From the NCBI GenBank assembly GCA_051362555.1, contig CM120648.1:2705721-2769720 (forward strand): DNA of 64,000 nt, read 5' to 3'. This DNA comes from Lingula anatina. Lineage: Eukaryota > Animalia > Brachiopoda. Below, piece by piece: positions 38,683-51,800 of the stretch (within the stretch, counting starts at the first letter, position 1; each line of letters begins with the position of its first letter). The notes under the pieces are model-generated. The model saw only the letters and a list, made by a program, of their open reading frames with translations, ran no database searches and was not told the origin of the DNA. Position numbers and translations under genes: made by a program.

Positions 38683-39539
38683 TAAAAAGAAATAAAAACA
38701 GCAGTTATTTTACCCCTACCGGCATGTCAGTCATATGCATGAGGGGCGGGTGGGTCGCATAATACCCATCTATTGACCCGGTCTCCTGGTTTTGTCTACG
38801 CATCTCCACACGAAAGGCCCTTCTTATATCATTTCGTATTTCTTAACCGTGTTAATAAAATGCTGGTAAAGAGTCATATCCTACTTACTTGTATTTCAGA
38901 GAGAATCGAGGTGTCCGCTTGTTTCGCGCTTTTTGTCTTTCACCAACGTTAAGATAAGTTATTAAATCATAGGCCACAGGTGGCAGTTTTGTCAACAGTC
39001 TCAATCTTTGAATTATAAAAAAAAGGTCATGAGTTTATGAATTTATTTTGCATTTTGCCCTTTAACATGTCTTTAGATACATTTTTCTCTATCCCATTAC
39101 ATAAAAAATATCTTGTTGCTGAGTATTGCGGTATGTTGAATCTTCAAATCTACATAATTAATCAAGCGTTTATGTACCGGATATTTTACCGGCATCTTTG
39201 ACTGGCACGATGCAAGGAATGTCGTAAATGTACTTGTAGCACGCCAAACATAATCAGTCAATGTATCTCGTTTACTTGATATTTATATGTTCACCGTGAT
39301 ATTCACCATAATATTACGTTGCTGCATGGGCAACAGTTGATGTCAGTATGATACATAAATAGATAAGTGTTCATAACTGCTATCAAAAGTCATTCCTTTC
39401 ATTAGAACATCACGATTTTTTCCCCATTGATAGACCTTTTAATTTTAAAAGCGTGAATGGTTTGCGGTCGGTTCAGCAATATATTCCCCTAAGGAGAAAA
39501 TTGTTCTTAGTCAAACTTTTTCCTTTACTTGGGTGATCG

Positions 39540-42500
39540 TCAAGGTGAAATGTTTTCGATTTCCGTTTTCTTTTCCGATGTACATGTATGCAGAGATACA
39601 ATGGCGGCGGCATGTTCCCGTGACCTCATACGAAGCTTTGCGAGACTCTCGTCAGCTGACGCTCTAATCCCAGGTGAAGTGGATGGCACTGAATGAAAAT
39701 CATACAGTATATACAGTTTCATTTAAATGTATTTCCCTCACCATGCTTCGTACTTTATAGATGTATCTTAGTACATATGTACGTGTAAAATGGTTTTCAT
39801 TTTAAAACTTATCATCTTTATTTGTATGCAACTTTCGCCGCGCGTATGATCTACCTAGGAGCCCATTAGTTCTTAAGGCAAATCACACAAACACCACATC
39901 ATTTATATAAAGTACCTGCTAAACTTAATGGCGGCTTTGCTTCCGGTGGGACCTGCGCAGTAACTTGGTGTGGGAGTAGAAAACTGTGATTGGTCGGAAG
40001 TAATGCCCATGTTGTCACGGGCTGGGCATGCGCAGTCGAGATGTGCTGTATGGACACTGATGTCTGCAATGATAAAAATTCTAGTGAACACTAGTGACAT
40101 ACGATGAAAAAAAAAACAGTACAATAAGTCAGTGGTAATGCCTTTTTTAAATGTTCAAAAACACTGTGATGAACAACAGTACACGAAATGACGTTTCGCT
40201 AAACATATAACAAACATGAACTTAGTAAGAATTTTCGGTGATTAACCTGTGGCAAAAGCCCCGGATGAATGACGTCCGTCTTGATCCGTTGGGGCAGTGA
40301 GGCGGCACCAGTAGTGGAGACTGTGTGTCCCCAGAACGGTCGGTCTGAAATACAGACCAAGACAGTATACATGTAGTGTTTGAATAAGTGAGCTCAATGT
40401 GTTGATCTCACATATAAACGTCTTGAAGGAAAGATTTCATATGTAGCGTATCATATACCTGCATGTACAGATCGGAAAATCCAGCGTTTCTGGTGCCTGA
40501 CAAAAATTTATACACGCCATTTACTTGCCAGATGCCCCACCCCATGTGTCGAATTATACACCCACCTGTCAGATGCCCCGCCCCATATGTCAGATGCCCC
40601 GCCTCATACATGACGCCAAGTGCTCCACCCACCTGTCAGATGCCCTGCCTCAAGTGTCAGCTGCTTCAACCACCTGTCAGATGTCCCGCCCTTGTGTCAT
40701 TTGCTCCACCCATCTGCCAGATGCCCCACCCCATGTGTCAGAGTCCCACCTTATACGCCAAAAGCTCAACCTACCTGTCAGATGCCCCGCCCCATGTGTC
40801 AGGTGCAGCCCAGCCGGGTCGTGTAGAATGTACGGTGCCGCCATGGGGGTCAAAGGGTAAATCCCGCTGTACGCCGCCAGCTGAGTAGCTCCGATCTGTT
40901 TCCGCCATCTTGCGCGTCTGTTGCTGAACCAGACCTGAAAAATGAAGATAAAAAGCAATGTAGAAGCTGTCATCATCAGATACCCACTGTCAGCCCTCAA
41001 AACATACTGTACGGTGTATCCATAAGACCAAACTCGTGTGACTGTTTTGAAAGTGCTTTCGATTAATTTCTCACATTTATTCTACAGTAATTTCCGAGCA
41101 CAATTTCTACAACAATTCAGGGGCGATGTGACAATCACCTGTACCCTGGCCTCTGTTAGCCGGGCTCTCTGTGCCAGCTCCTCTCGAGTGTAGATGTCCG
41201 GATAGTGCGTCCGCTCGAACGCTTTCTCCAGTATCTCCAGCTGTTCCCCGGTAAACGTGGTCCTGCTGCGTCTCTGCTTGCGCTTCAGTTGGATACCGGG
41301 CTCCGAGTCGCAGTCAGAATCTGAGGAGAGAAGTTACTCCGTATGAAAATTGTTATCAAATCATATAGAAAAATGATTGACGGATCTCTCCGTTTTTTTA
41401 ACATACTACGACTACATTGCTTGCGCTGCTTTTTTAAAAGTAAAACTATGTATGGAGCTATAAGAAATTGGAATTGCTAGTAACGTTTAACGTGTACACT
41501 TGAAAATAAACAATAACTATGCATAACAAACAAATGCACAGCATATTAGTAGTACCGAAGTATTGATGTTGGAAAGCAAAAGACATCGTGTTTCTATGCC
41601 TGAGGTGGATGTTATTGCTTATGTAAACACGAGTGACTTCCATACCCCTCCAGTGTAATGCTTGCAAATATATATATATTTTAAAATTCATTTCCCTTTG
41701 CCCTAACCTATTCGAAATCTTCAATCGTAGCAGGGAAGCGTGTGGGCGCGTAGATTGCTGTTGTTGAGATCAAACAGAAATGTGTTAGCAAATCTTCGCT
41801 AAAGCAATCTCAGCCGGGTGAAGAGGTGCTGGCCATGAAACTGTATAACCTCAGAGATGCATGCGCAAGACATGGTGCATATCATCACGTTTTCAGCTTG
41901 ACAGATTTACGTTGGAATGAAGAAAAATAAACCTTTACTATTTAGTGTAATTAGAGACCGCAATGATTTCTGCATCCTCTTCGCATTATCCCAAAATGAT
42001 TCTGTGGCAATGAAAGACTGCATTTCTAATTTTGGTTCGTGAAAACCTGGTCTGATGCTTGCCACAGTATCAGATCCAAGTGTCCGTTGCAAAGACCACA
42101 TCAATGAACTAAGACTGAGATAAACATCAATATATCTGCAGCAATCAACAGAGGGAAGAATACACACGATCTTCCCTGTAGGCAGATACCTCAGTCTTGT
42201 TTTCAACTGAAGGACGTGCAGGCAGTGAGTGCTTTTTCTCTCCGTGTTATTTTGAAGTACTTGAACGCAGGTTTTAGATAAGCATTTATATTAAAATGAG
42301 GAAGAAAGACGATCAAACATCAAACAGAATGACACAGCTAACGTTTTAACTCGGTGCGAGGCTCACAAAGGGGGTGTAGGCGGCGCGTTGTATCAATTTC
42401 AGGGTTTTACTTATAAAACCGGAAAAAAATTACCCACATTAAAGAAGATTTATGGCGTCCTCGGAACTCTAGCTCCTTGCAAGAATGGCTGATATCAGAA

Positions 42501-45500
42501 ATTTCACAAATAACCATGCCTTGCCGTCCTAACCCGCTAATAAATCATTACCATGTACGTATTCACTGCGTGGATTCCAAATGTTAACAAACAAAAGTGA
42601 CAAGCTCAAAAATGAAACTAGCAAAATTTTACACGAACAAATTGATGAATGACTTAATGAAAAAATGATGTGACACATTCCTTTCTCATCAACTATTAAA
42701 CATACTATTTAAAAAAAGATCCATCATATTTTTGCATTAACGATACATATACGGTATTTTTTTTAAAAAGTCTAGAACTGAAAAATCTACGAAAATTTTC
42801 CCGTGGGCAGCCCCCAGCCACTGAGATCGGTGACTGTTTTAAAAGGCTTCTGGCATGAACTCCCTTTTATTCCGCATGAATGCAGGAGTCAGATCGACAC
42901 AATAGGGAGGTCGAGAGCGTCAGCCGCGTTCGTGTGAGACCCGGCCGCCTTTTCTTCACCCTAACGACTGTTATTAAATTAAACTGTATAATTTGCCATA
43001 TTAATTGAATTTAAATTTGACGCGATATGTTACTCACGTCGCGCGGGGTCCTTTTTTCTTTGGGGAGAAACGGAGGAAAAGAGTGTTAAATAAAGGCGGT
43101 TAGACTATTGAGATCAGAAATGAAAAAATCTGATTTATGTTGTAAGATATATGCTTATGATTCCAAAAAAACCTACTTAAATTTTGGCATTTTTATTCGG
43201 GAGATCATTTAATAAAACAATTATTCTCATTAAATGCACGTTTGTTGAGTGGATTAAAGCCCTTCTCCGCGTCTCAGACGGGGCAACACGCGCTGACGAC
43301 CAGGTGTGCCTGGCACAATACGATGATGAGAAAACCTTTGAGAGAAGATCTGATGTTGAAGGGGGAATAAAGTTCGTATCGAATAGGCCTGTTTTACTGC
43401 CGTTTGATGACTAAAGTTTATTATGCCGAATAAGCTGCATTTATTTCTAAAGGGAGGAAATATGTGTGGGTTTAGCTCTAGGACACTGTGTCCTATACAT
43501 GTGGCATTTACTAAATAACATTTGAAAATTTTGAATGTTTTATAAAAACTTATTTCTTTGAAATCGTGTCAAAAAATAACCATGCCTTCTGCTGGCTATA
43601 ATTCAACATTTGTTTACAGACCACGGTTCCCATAATCTCTCCATAGTTTTTTATTTCTTTTATAAATTTAAAGATTTATTTTACCCATCGCGAAAGATCC
43701 CTGTCATGTAGCTTATTCATAGTTTGTCATTTCAAGAAGACTCTAAGGGGGAATGGGAAATATTTTAACGCATTTTATGCTAAGATGTAAACCGGCGTTA
43801 CAACTACCAGTGTCGCTGGGCCGTTCTCTTTTACAAATCTTCCCGTATAATGTGCAACGTAATTTAATCATTTATAACGAAACGAATAAAATTTCACCCC
43901 TGAGATATGTATCAGGCCCATGCCGCGGAGCCAGCAGGACTCGAGGAACATTATCGTCGACGGAATTTCCATAATTTGTTCTTGAATTTTCCTAATTTTT
44001 ACAGCGTCCCTAACATTACGTCTAATATTACAACGTAACATAACTTTGTAATCAGAATTTCCATAATGACCTTCCAATTTTTCAGCGTTTCAAAGCCAAC
44101 GCATAAATCGTCTGCTCCTAGAACAAAGCGGTAAATTTCAAAATGGTGAGATTGGCTCTTGATCAGGAAATCCGGGGTCTCACATCACCGTCACATGAAT
44201 TTTACACGAGTCGCTTTTTTATCAAAAGGGCAATAAATTAATGAATCTTTCTGGTCTTAGATCGTCATTCGAACGCGCTGAAGCGTGCTGAGATTCAATT
44301 ATACCCACTGAAAGAACATCCCCCTTTTTGCTGACTAGGAGGTAAAAGTGGCTGTAGCGTTTGCATTTTAACCGTACATTAAACTCCAATAGCTATATTA
44401 TACGGCCAGATATCAAATTTCCTTTGATCTTTTCCCTGGTTTTATCTCTGCTCTTACCGCGAATTTTGTTTGCCAAACCTCACGTGAAAAATTGTGACGA
44501 AAAAGTTTCGATGAGACCCACTGACTTTTAAGGAATCTTTTCTTCAATCCTTGTTTTGTTGTGCAGACGTTGTGGCTTATTAAGCCGGTGTGAACAATGG
44601 CGGAGGAGAGCGTTTCTTGTGATCGTCTGCCTGTTGTATTACTCATCACTGAAGGGGTTCTAATTGAAGGTTTTTTTATCGGGAAACCAATCCGGTTGTC
44701 ACACCGTGCAAATCCGAAGGGCCCCTGTTTTTGTCCAATTTTAGAAGTAAACCGTGTGGGACTCAGGGGCTAAAAAGTAACGCAAGTTCTCATATACTGT
44801 AAATGTATCTATACCAATATAATTGGGCAAGTTTATTTTTTAGAAATATCTGCAAGTTTAGTCGTTTAACTACGGGTATTAAATTAGGACTTCAAATTTG
44901 TGCAATATTCTTCAAAGATTCTGAAAGACCAACAGGAAAATGACCCGTTTAATTGTACATGTTGATGTAGGCAATGAAGCCGAAAGAGCGGAGAAGGTTG
45001 AGTGTAAAATCTTTACTACTTTTGATTATATTTTAGTCGAAAAACTTGCTGTCTATCTGTCCTTATGAGCAACTAGTGTAAAAAATAAACAAGTGCAGCT
45101 TACATGTATAATCTAGAAGAACTTGCCGAATGACTATAAGGGCGTTCAGCCGAATTTAAAGGGGCGATAGACCAAAACTTACATGAATTATCGAGAAGAA
45201 ATAAACCTACTTACATTCTCAATATTAGCAGCTGTTAGTTTGCCTTACAATAAAACAGCAGTGAGAAACCCAAGTCAAGTGAAAAAAAAAGATAAATGAA
45301 AATAAACGTCTTTGTATCTCAACCGTGATCATCACCTGCTGCTAAATAAAACTGATGAAAACCGATTCCGGTTGCGGTGGCTAATTTATTTAAATTTGAC
45401 AACAAACCCACATGCTCTCTGTCATTGTATAGATATATCAAATCACCTCCACTTTCCTTCCCCTCTGCAACTGTGTCTGTATCATCAACTCTTTCGTCAT

Positions 45501-45879
45501 CTCTTACATTGTCACCCTCGTCACCAACATCATCATCATCATCTTCCTCATCATCACCTTTACGCTGCGCGCGCAGCACGCGACTTATGGAGCTGACGCT
45601 CGGCGCCGTGTTTCTATCGCAGATCCCTTCCCTGAGGAGTCTACTGGAATTAAACCATATCTTAGTGCATGGGTGTGGTTGTCAGAGAATGCAAGTATTT
45701 CTCCTAAATTGAGGCTATTTACCTTGCTATTCTATGATGAAGATGCTCTGGTAGACATCGAAATATTGGAGGCAAAAAATTTCAATATTTAGCTGTTGAT
45801 TTTAAGAAAAGCACTTAATTCACATGGGTATGGCTGACTGTGGACAGCAGCACATCCAGACCTATTTCAAACAATTTCA

Positions 45880-45934
<55 letters not shown>

Positions 45935-48084
45935 ATGTCGGATGCTTAAACTTTACAATTTTTTTTTCTTTTTTCTTTTCTTTCTTTTTTTTTTTTTGAG
46001 AGGAGATAATTGGGCTTGGGGGCGGTTTCCAACCGTCTCCCGTTTTCACATCTCCATATGTATGGATGAATCTGTAAACTTGAGAGGATAGTTCGGCGAA
46101 AGTAATTTCATGTAGGCTATGCACAGATTTCAGCGTCTGCAAATACTATACTAGAAGACACTGACCAAAATATTATATTGGTTTATATTAATTTTTATTT
46201 CCCCCTCATATGCCCCACCTGTCCCGTATCTCCCAGCTGAAGATTCCTGGGTTCTCCCTCTTGTACTGCTCTATCCTGGACTCGACTTCAGGGGTCGCCA
46301 CTCTCGGCTTAGAACCACCGATCATCCCGGGCCGGATACTGCCGGTTTCTTGGTACCTAGGAGCAACGTTGGGGAATTCAGACTTAGTGATCAAAGACTA
46401 CAAGCATTTTATGTATAATTTAGGTTAAACTCCTATTGTTTACGGTTACTGTTCTATTGGTAATAACAAGTTAGTCCATAGAACTACAAATTTTCAGCAC
46501 TGTCGTGTCTGCAACTCTGGAGTAAATGCTGTATGATAAATGACACCTTGAGCGTATCATTTTCAAACAAAAAGAAAAAAAAAAGATTTTTCAAACTACT
46601 ATATTTATTTCGTTCGCAGCTTGCTCAGTGAGCAAACGAGAAAACACTCTGTTCATTTCAGTGCATCCTGGGTAGGTAGATATGACGCCATCCATTAAAT
46701 GTGACGTCATACTTACGTTATTAACTTTAAATGTGCCTTCTTTGCAGAAAGAATCAGAAGTGTGACAGTTACATCTACGGTTTTGCTGATGTTTTATCAA
46801 ACTATAAGCGATACGTAAGCAGCCAGATTATCTGCTGCGAAATGACCGAATTTATGAGTGTGTGACGTCATGCTTAAGACGTGAGCGAAAGGACTACTTG
46901 GCTTTATATCAATATCGGTTCATTGCTATGTCTGTTCTCTTATTTATGTCTACAGCGACACTGTGCACTGCTTACCTCTGCAGTATCTTGCTAACGCATC
47001 CATGTGACACCCTTAACTGTCTGCTGATGACACACGGTCGGACGCCTTGGGAGGCCAGCTCCACGATCTTTAGACGAATGTGGTTGGGAAGAGGGCGACC
47101 GTTGATGAATACCCCTCCTAGCTGGTTCACGCGCCCTTGACCTGGAACATAATAATCGAGGGCAAAATTATTCCATGGTCTCTTAACTAGAGAAAATCAT
47201 AACTCGTTAAGTCGTTTCTTCCGGGTATTTGGCGGTTCCCGCGTCATCTCCATTTTGGTAAACTCTGAGATAATATACACATAACTTTAATGCTCATTGA
47301 AGTCCTATAAACTTCACGTTTCCTCATTATACCTGGCACTATTTTTTCTTTGTGTGGAAATCCAGAAATATTCGAATTCAACCTTGGCAACTGAAAATCT
47401 CTGTATCCCCCATAAAGGATCTCGACTGCCTCCTTGGACATGTTCTTAATGCACTCTCTATACAAAAATAATTACACGGCCAGATAGATTCAAATTTAAA
47501 CTAATTCTGACTCATTACACACTCTGGCTTTTGTGTTGTCTATTTGAAGAATTAAAAAATAATGTCACAGTCGATGTTTAATTGGTTAAAATAAGTAATG
47601 GTTTTATCAAAAATATTTAGGATTTCACATGAGCTGCCTCAACATTTATCTCTGCTCCCTCTGTCGAACGGGTCTTGAAATCTTGCTATTCAGACGCTAG
47701 TTTGACTTTCACACTGATGTTTTGGCGAAGTTAAAAAAATGCTTGTACATACCATGTACTTTTTATATGATTAAAAATAAATATATGTATATTTAGAAAT
47801 ATTTGAAACGGAAGGCACAATTTACGAATGGGATCCTAAATGAGTCGCCGTCCGAAACGTTGTTATATCATGTATATATTTTTTCAGTTGAAGCAGTTTT
47901 CAACAAACCATAAGAATGAATAAACTTTCAATGATCCGTTTGACGCGGTATTTTCTGTGCTTGGATATTGAGTTTGGTATTCAAAATATTTATTACTGAG
48001 AAGAGAATTTTTGAAGAAAATCCTGTAACTACCTTCTAAAAGACTTAATTCCAATGAATAAGATATACGACAAGCTCCATGTTT

Positions 48085-48118
<34 letters not shown>

Positions 48119-48768
48119 CTTAGAAATCCATAATTTATATTTGAAGTCTCTTTTTGTTATGTTTAACATAAGAATTATATTTTACATTAGTGCGGAATTT
48201 TCTGATATATTTATGTTACACATGCGAAAGTCAATAAAATTGAGTTCAAGGCAAACATAAATCGAAAACGTACACGTTTACTAATGTGTCTCCGGGAATA
48301 CAAAACATTTCAAATGATAGCAGATAAGGGAATATCAATTTTTTTTGCCGCATTCTGGAGATATTTTTCAGATTTATAACATAACATTTTTACTGCTCAT
48401 AAAGTTTGCCTTTGGTTGATGGCGAAGCACCATATTTAGTCCAGTGACATATCTATCTTATCAAACGCTCTGAACTCAAAACTTCTTGACAAGACGAAAT
48501 AACACTGTGGATGAAACTTTACATGTAGAATAACAGATGTATATTTACTTACACAAAATGTATATTTTGAATCGTTGTGCCTTCCATCCCGAGGACGGTA
48601 AAAGTTTACAGTCAAAGACAATATACTGTAACACGCAACACACCCGTCTCAAGAACTACACTGTTAAAATCATATACACGTTCTTAAAAAAACGGCAGTA
48701 CGACAATGACAATTTTATGCATCACAACGGTCCAACAGAAACTTCAATACAGCAAATTACGAGAGTCA

Positions 48769-48804
<36 letters not shown>

Positions 48805-51800
48805 GCACAATTTAATTTGCTTCATATTTTATATAATTTATTTAAACACAACCGCCAAATGTGTTTTTATATTTACTTCTATATGCTTTCCACGCACGTG
48901 GGGGACAGAAAGATTTATTGTTCACAGATATTTTATTACCGTGTTGTAGATACTCACATGAGGTTAATTAAATCGGCTGTACAGATGGACATGTTAAAAT
49001 GATTAAATAAAATGAGTAGAGTTTAGTATTTACAATCGGTCTCAACAATGCACAGGGCTGATGCAGTTCACATTTGTTTCTTTACAAAAAATCTTAACTT
49101 TTAAATCTTGCACTGAAATAACCGTGGTACAAAAATCTTACATGAAAATTACTGAATAGTTAAGACTATGTTCTCTGTCAAATTTATTTTAAATTTATTT
49201 TCGAACAAATTTATTTTTATTTTGCATTTTAGGAAAAGATACTATGTTACATTTTTATTTTTTTTTGTTTTATGAAAGGCATCCAATGATTTAGATGTTA
49301 ACATTGAACTACTATATGTAGCTTTGTTTAAATGTATTTTCCCTTAAAATGTTTAATTCAAACCGCTATTAGTTAAAACCAATGAAAATATCTAGCTCTT
49401 TAATATATTTCGGTGACAATTTATTTTCGGCAAAGTCTTTTTCTATTTATGTTCTCTTTTTGTTGTCAACTTTTTATGTGTTCTCAACGCCTTCCTTCCC
49501 CAGTGACTGATCACTGAATTTTTGACAATATCTTATAGTAACGATCAATTTTCTCTTTAATAATAATAATTTTGTTCTTTGATTTTTTGGAAATATGTTT
49601 CCTTGGATTCACGCGGTCCCTTAGCTCACTGATGTGGACGCCGCCTCTAAAAACACACGCATCGCCCCATCTGCAGCTGCGCTACTTAAGGTTCCATCGA
49701 AAAAGAACAATCATCCTCCGCCAGCGTTGTAAATCAACTACCACTTTAAGGTCTGGGCAGCAATAAAACGAGCTGTATTTAATAACGGTATCAAAATCAA
49801 ATCTCACCATTATAATACCGTTAATAAATGTGCCTTCACCGAGCGGAAGACCCTTAAAGAACACACGAACCAAAGGAGTAATCGGATCCCTTCATTAGAC
49901 GCTGTCGTTCCTTCTTTAACTGTGTAACGGCCAGGCTATATACATGATAAATCGTCTTTTAAATTCAATTATCAAGCTTTGCTTCGCAGGTGATTCGCTC
50001 AACTCTGCTTGTAATACGATGTTATGACAATAAACGAACATCTGTGAGATCAGACCCCCCGCGGGGCCTTACTTGGGTAAGTTTTGTCTCAGTTTTAGAT
50101 ACGGGCTTGGAGCAGCGGTTTGATCCTGAAAATAAATGAATTTGGATTGATCCATGAAAATATATTTTTTATTCAATTTAGCTTCATGTTGTGTTGTACA
50201 GGCTGTGAAAATAATGATGGCAGGTCTGATCACTTATGATTTATGTTCTACGTTTTTTTTTAATTTGAGAAATAAATAATTGTCATATGTCGGTAATGCT
50301 TGACTGTTAGTGCATGGTTAAAGTTTCTGGTTTAATACCGCCTTTCTACTTGCTGTATTCAAAACTGAGGAGCAGAATCTACAGCTACAGTGTTACTTGT
50401 TAACAAGGTTAGGTTCACCGTTAACGTACTGTAGGCTCACCTGGTCAATGGCGTTTTTTTTGTATGTCAGGTTCCTGCCGCACATCCAACGTTATTAAGC
50501 CTTCACTGGCTTACTTTTTCCTCATTATCCACTTTGGCATATTATTGTGATAAATTCTTCATGTGTTCAGATTCATTTGATTATCATTTGGTAGTAAGAA
50601 AAGAACATTTTTCTTAAGTAGAAGGTCAAGATTTTTAGAGTTATTCTCACTTCTTTACGTAGTCGCTAAGAAAAGGATTTGATAACAATATTGAATGTCA
50701 ACGGATTTTATTTTGTATCCACGACCAATTATATATTTATTTTATTTAATGTAATTTTTATTAGATACTTTTACTTTTCTACTTGATTATCAATTAATAT
50801 TGCGTCTCCCGTCCTTCTCACACCGCAACTTCATACAAATAAACTACAATTCATGTCAGGTGCGCGAGCTCATTGTGCCGATTTTCATAACGGTTGTCCT
50901 CCACTGCTGTTACACGGTCTGATGTCACAATATTGGTGACGTTTTTCTACATCACCTCTTTATAATTAATAATATATTTTAATACCTAAAAGTATTAAAT
51001 ACCTTAATATTTAAATAATTGAAATTTTGATACAGCGTGTTTTTAATCCTCTTATATTCAATTTTTATTGCCTTCTCTTTGCGTTTTTTCACATAAACAA
51101 TCGAGTAATAAATCAGGGACGATAAATTGAAGCAGAAACGGGAATTGAATAGATAACTAAACACACAGATAAATACATAGAATGAAATAAACATGGAATT
51201 TCAGGTTGCAGAACGAGATATGTTTACGCATGCCATTGCCTTCGATCCTAACCAAAATTGAATAAAACGAAATAACAGGTGTACTGATATGGTAGTTTTA
51301 AATTCTTTATCCCACAAGTTCGCTACTTTTCACTCCCCAAGATCAAAAATAGAAAAGGATTCAATTTTGATAAAAAAAAGGTGGATGATCCTATACATGG
51401 AGAAAATGTGCTTACTGTTGATTGCGACGTGGTAAAGCATAACCTATTGTATGCAAAACATGACAGAGAAACCGAAAATTAAGGCTTGTCTGATAACCCA
51501 TGGGGAAACACTATAAAAATTCCAATTTCACGCCGAAAACAAGGATCACGGTAAGCGAAACGTTCAGCATGTAGCATGTAATGCATTACGAAGGCCCTGA
51601 AATTCAAACCCGTCGAATTAAACGAAACAGAAGTGGCACGGGTGTAGAATATCCGCACTCTATACAGCTGTGCTCTCCTCCGCTCACTCAAATTGATTCG
51701 AGGCATGAAAATTGCAATTATGGCAAAATGGATAAGTTACGTCGCTGATTTCACCCGCCATTGTTGTCAGCTTCCACATCAAAAAGGCCGCCGCGAGGAG

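Noticed and set aside
40520-40810. Repeat-spacer-like pattern suggesting a CRISPR array
   Set aside because: Degenerate repeats, irregular spacing, eukaryotic intron context and no cas genes.
40463-40888. Cys/Pro-rich + strand ORFs (CQMPHPMC repeats)
   Set aside because: Antisense reading of the Pax3/7 exon-6 donor repeat; no independent gene structure.
45377-45712. Ser-rich + strand ORF
   Set aside because: Antisense of the acidic Pax3/7 exon 4.
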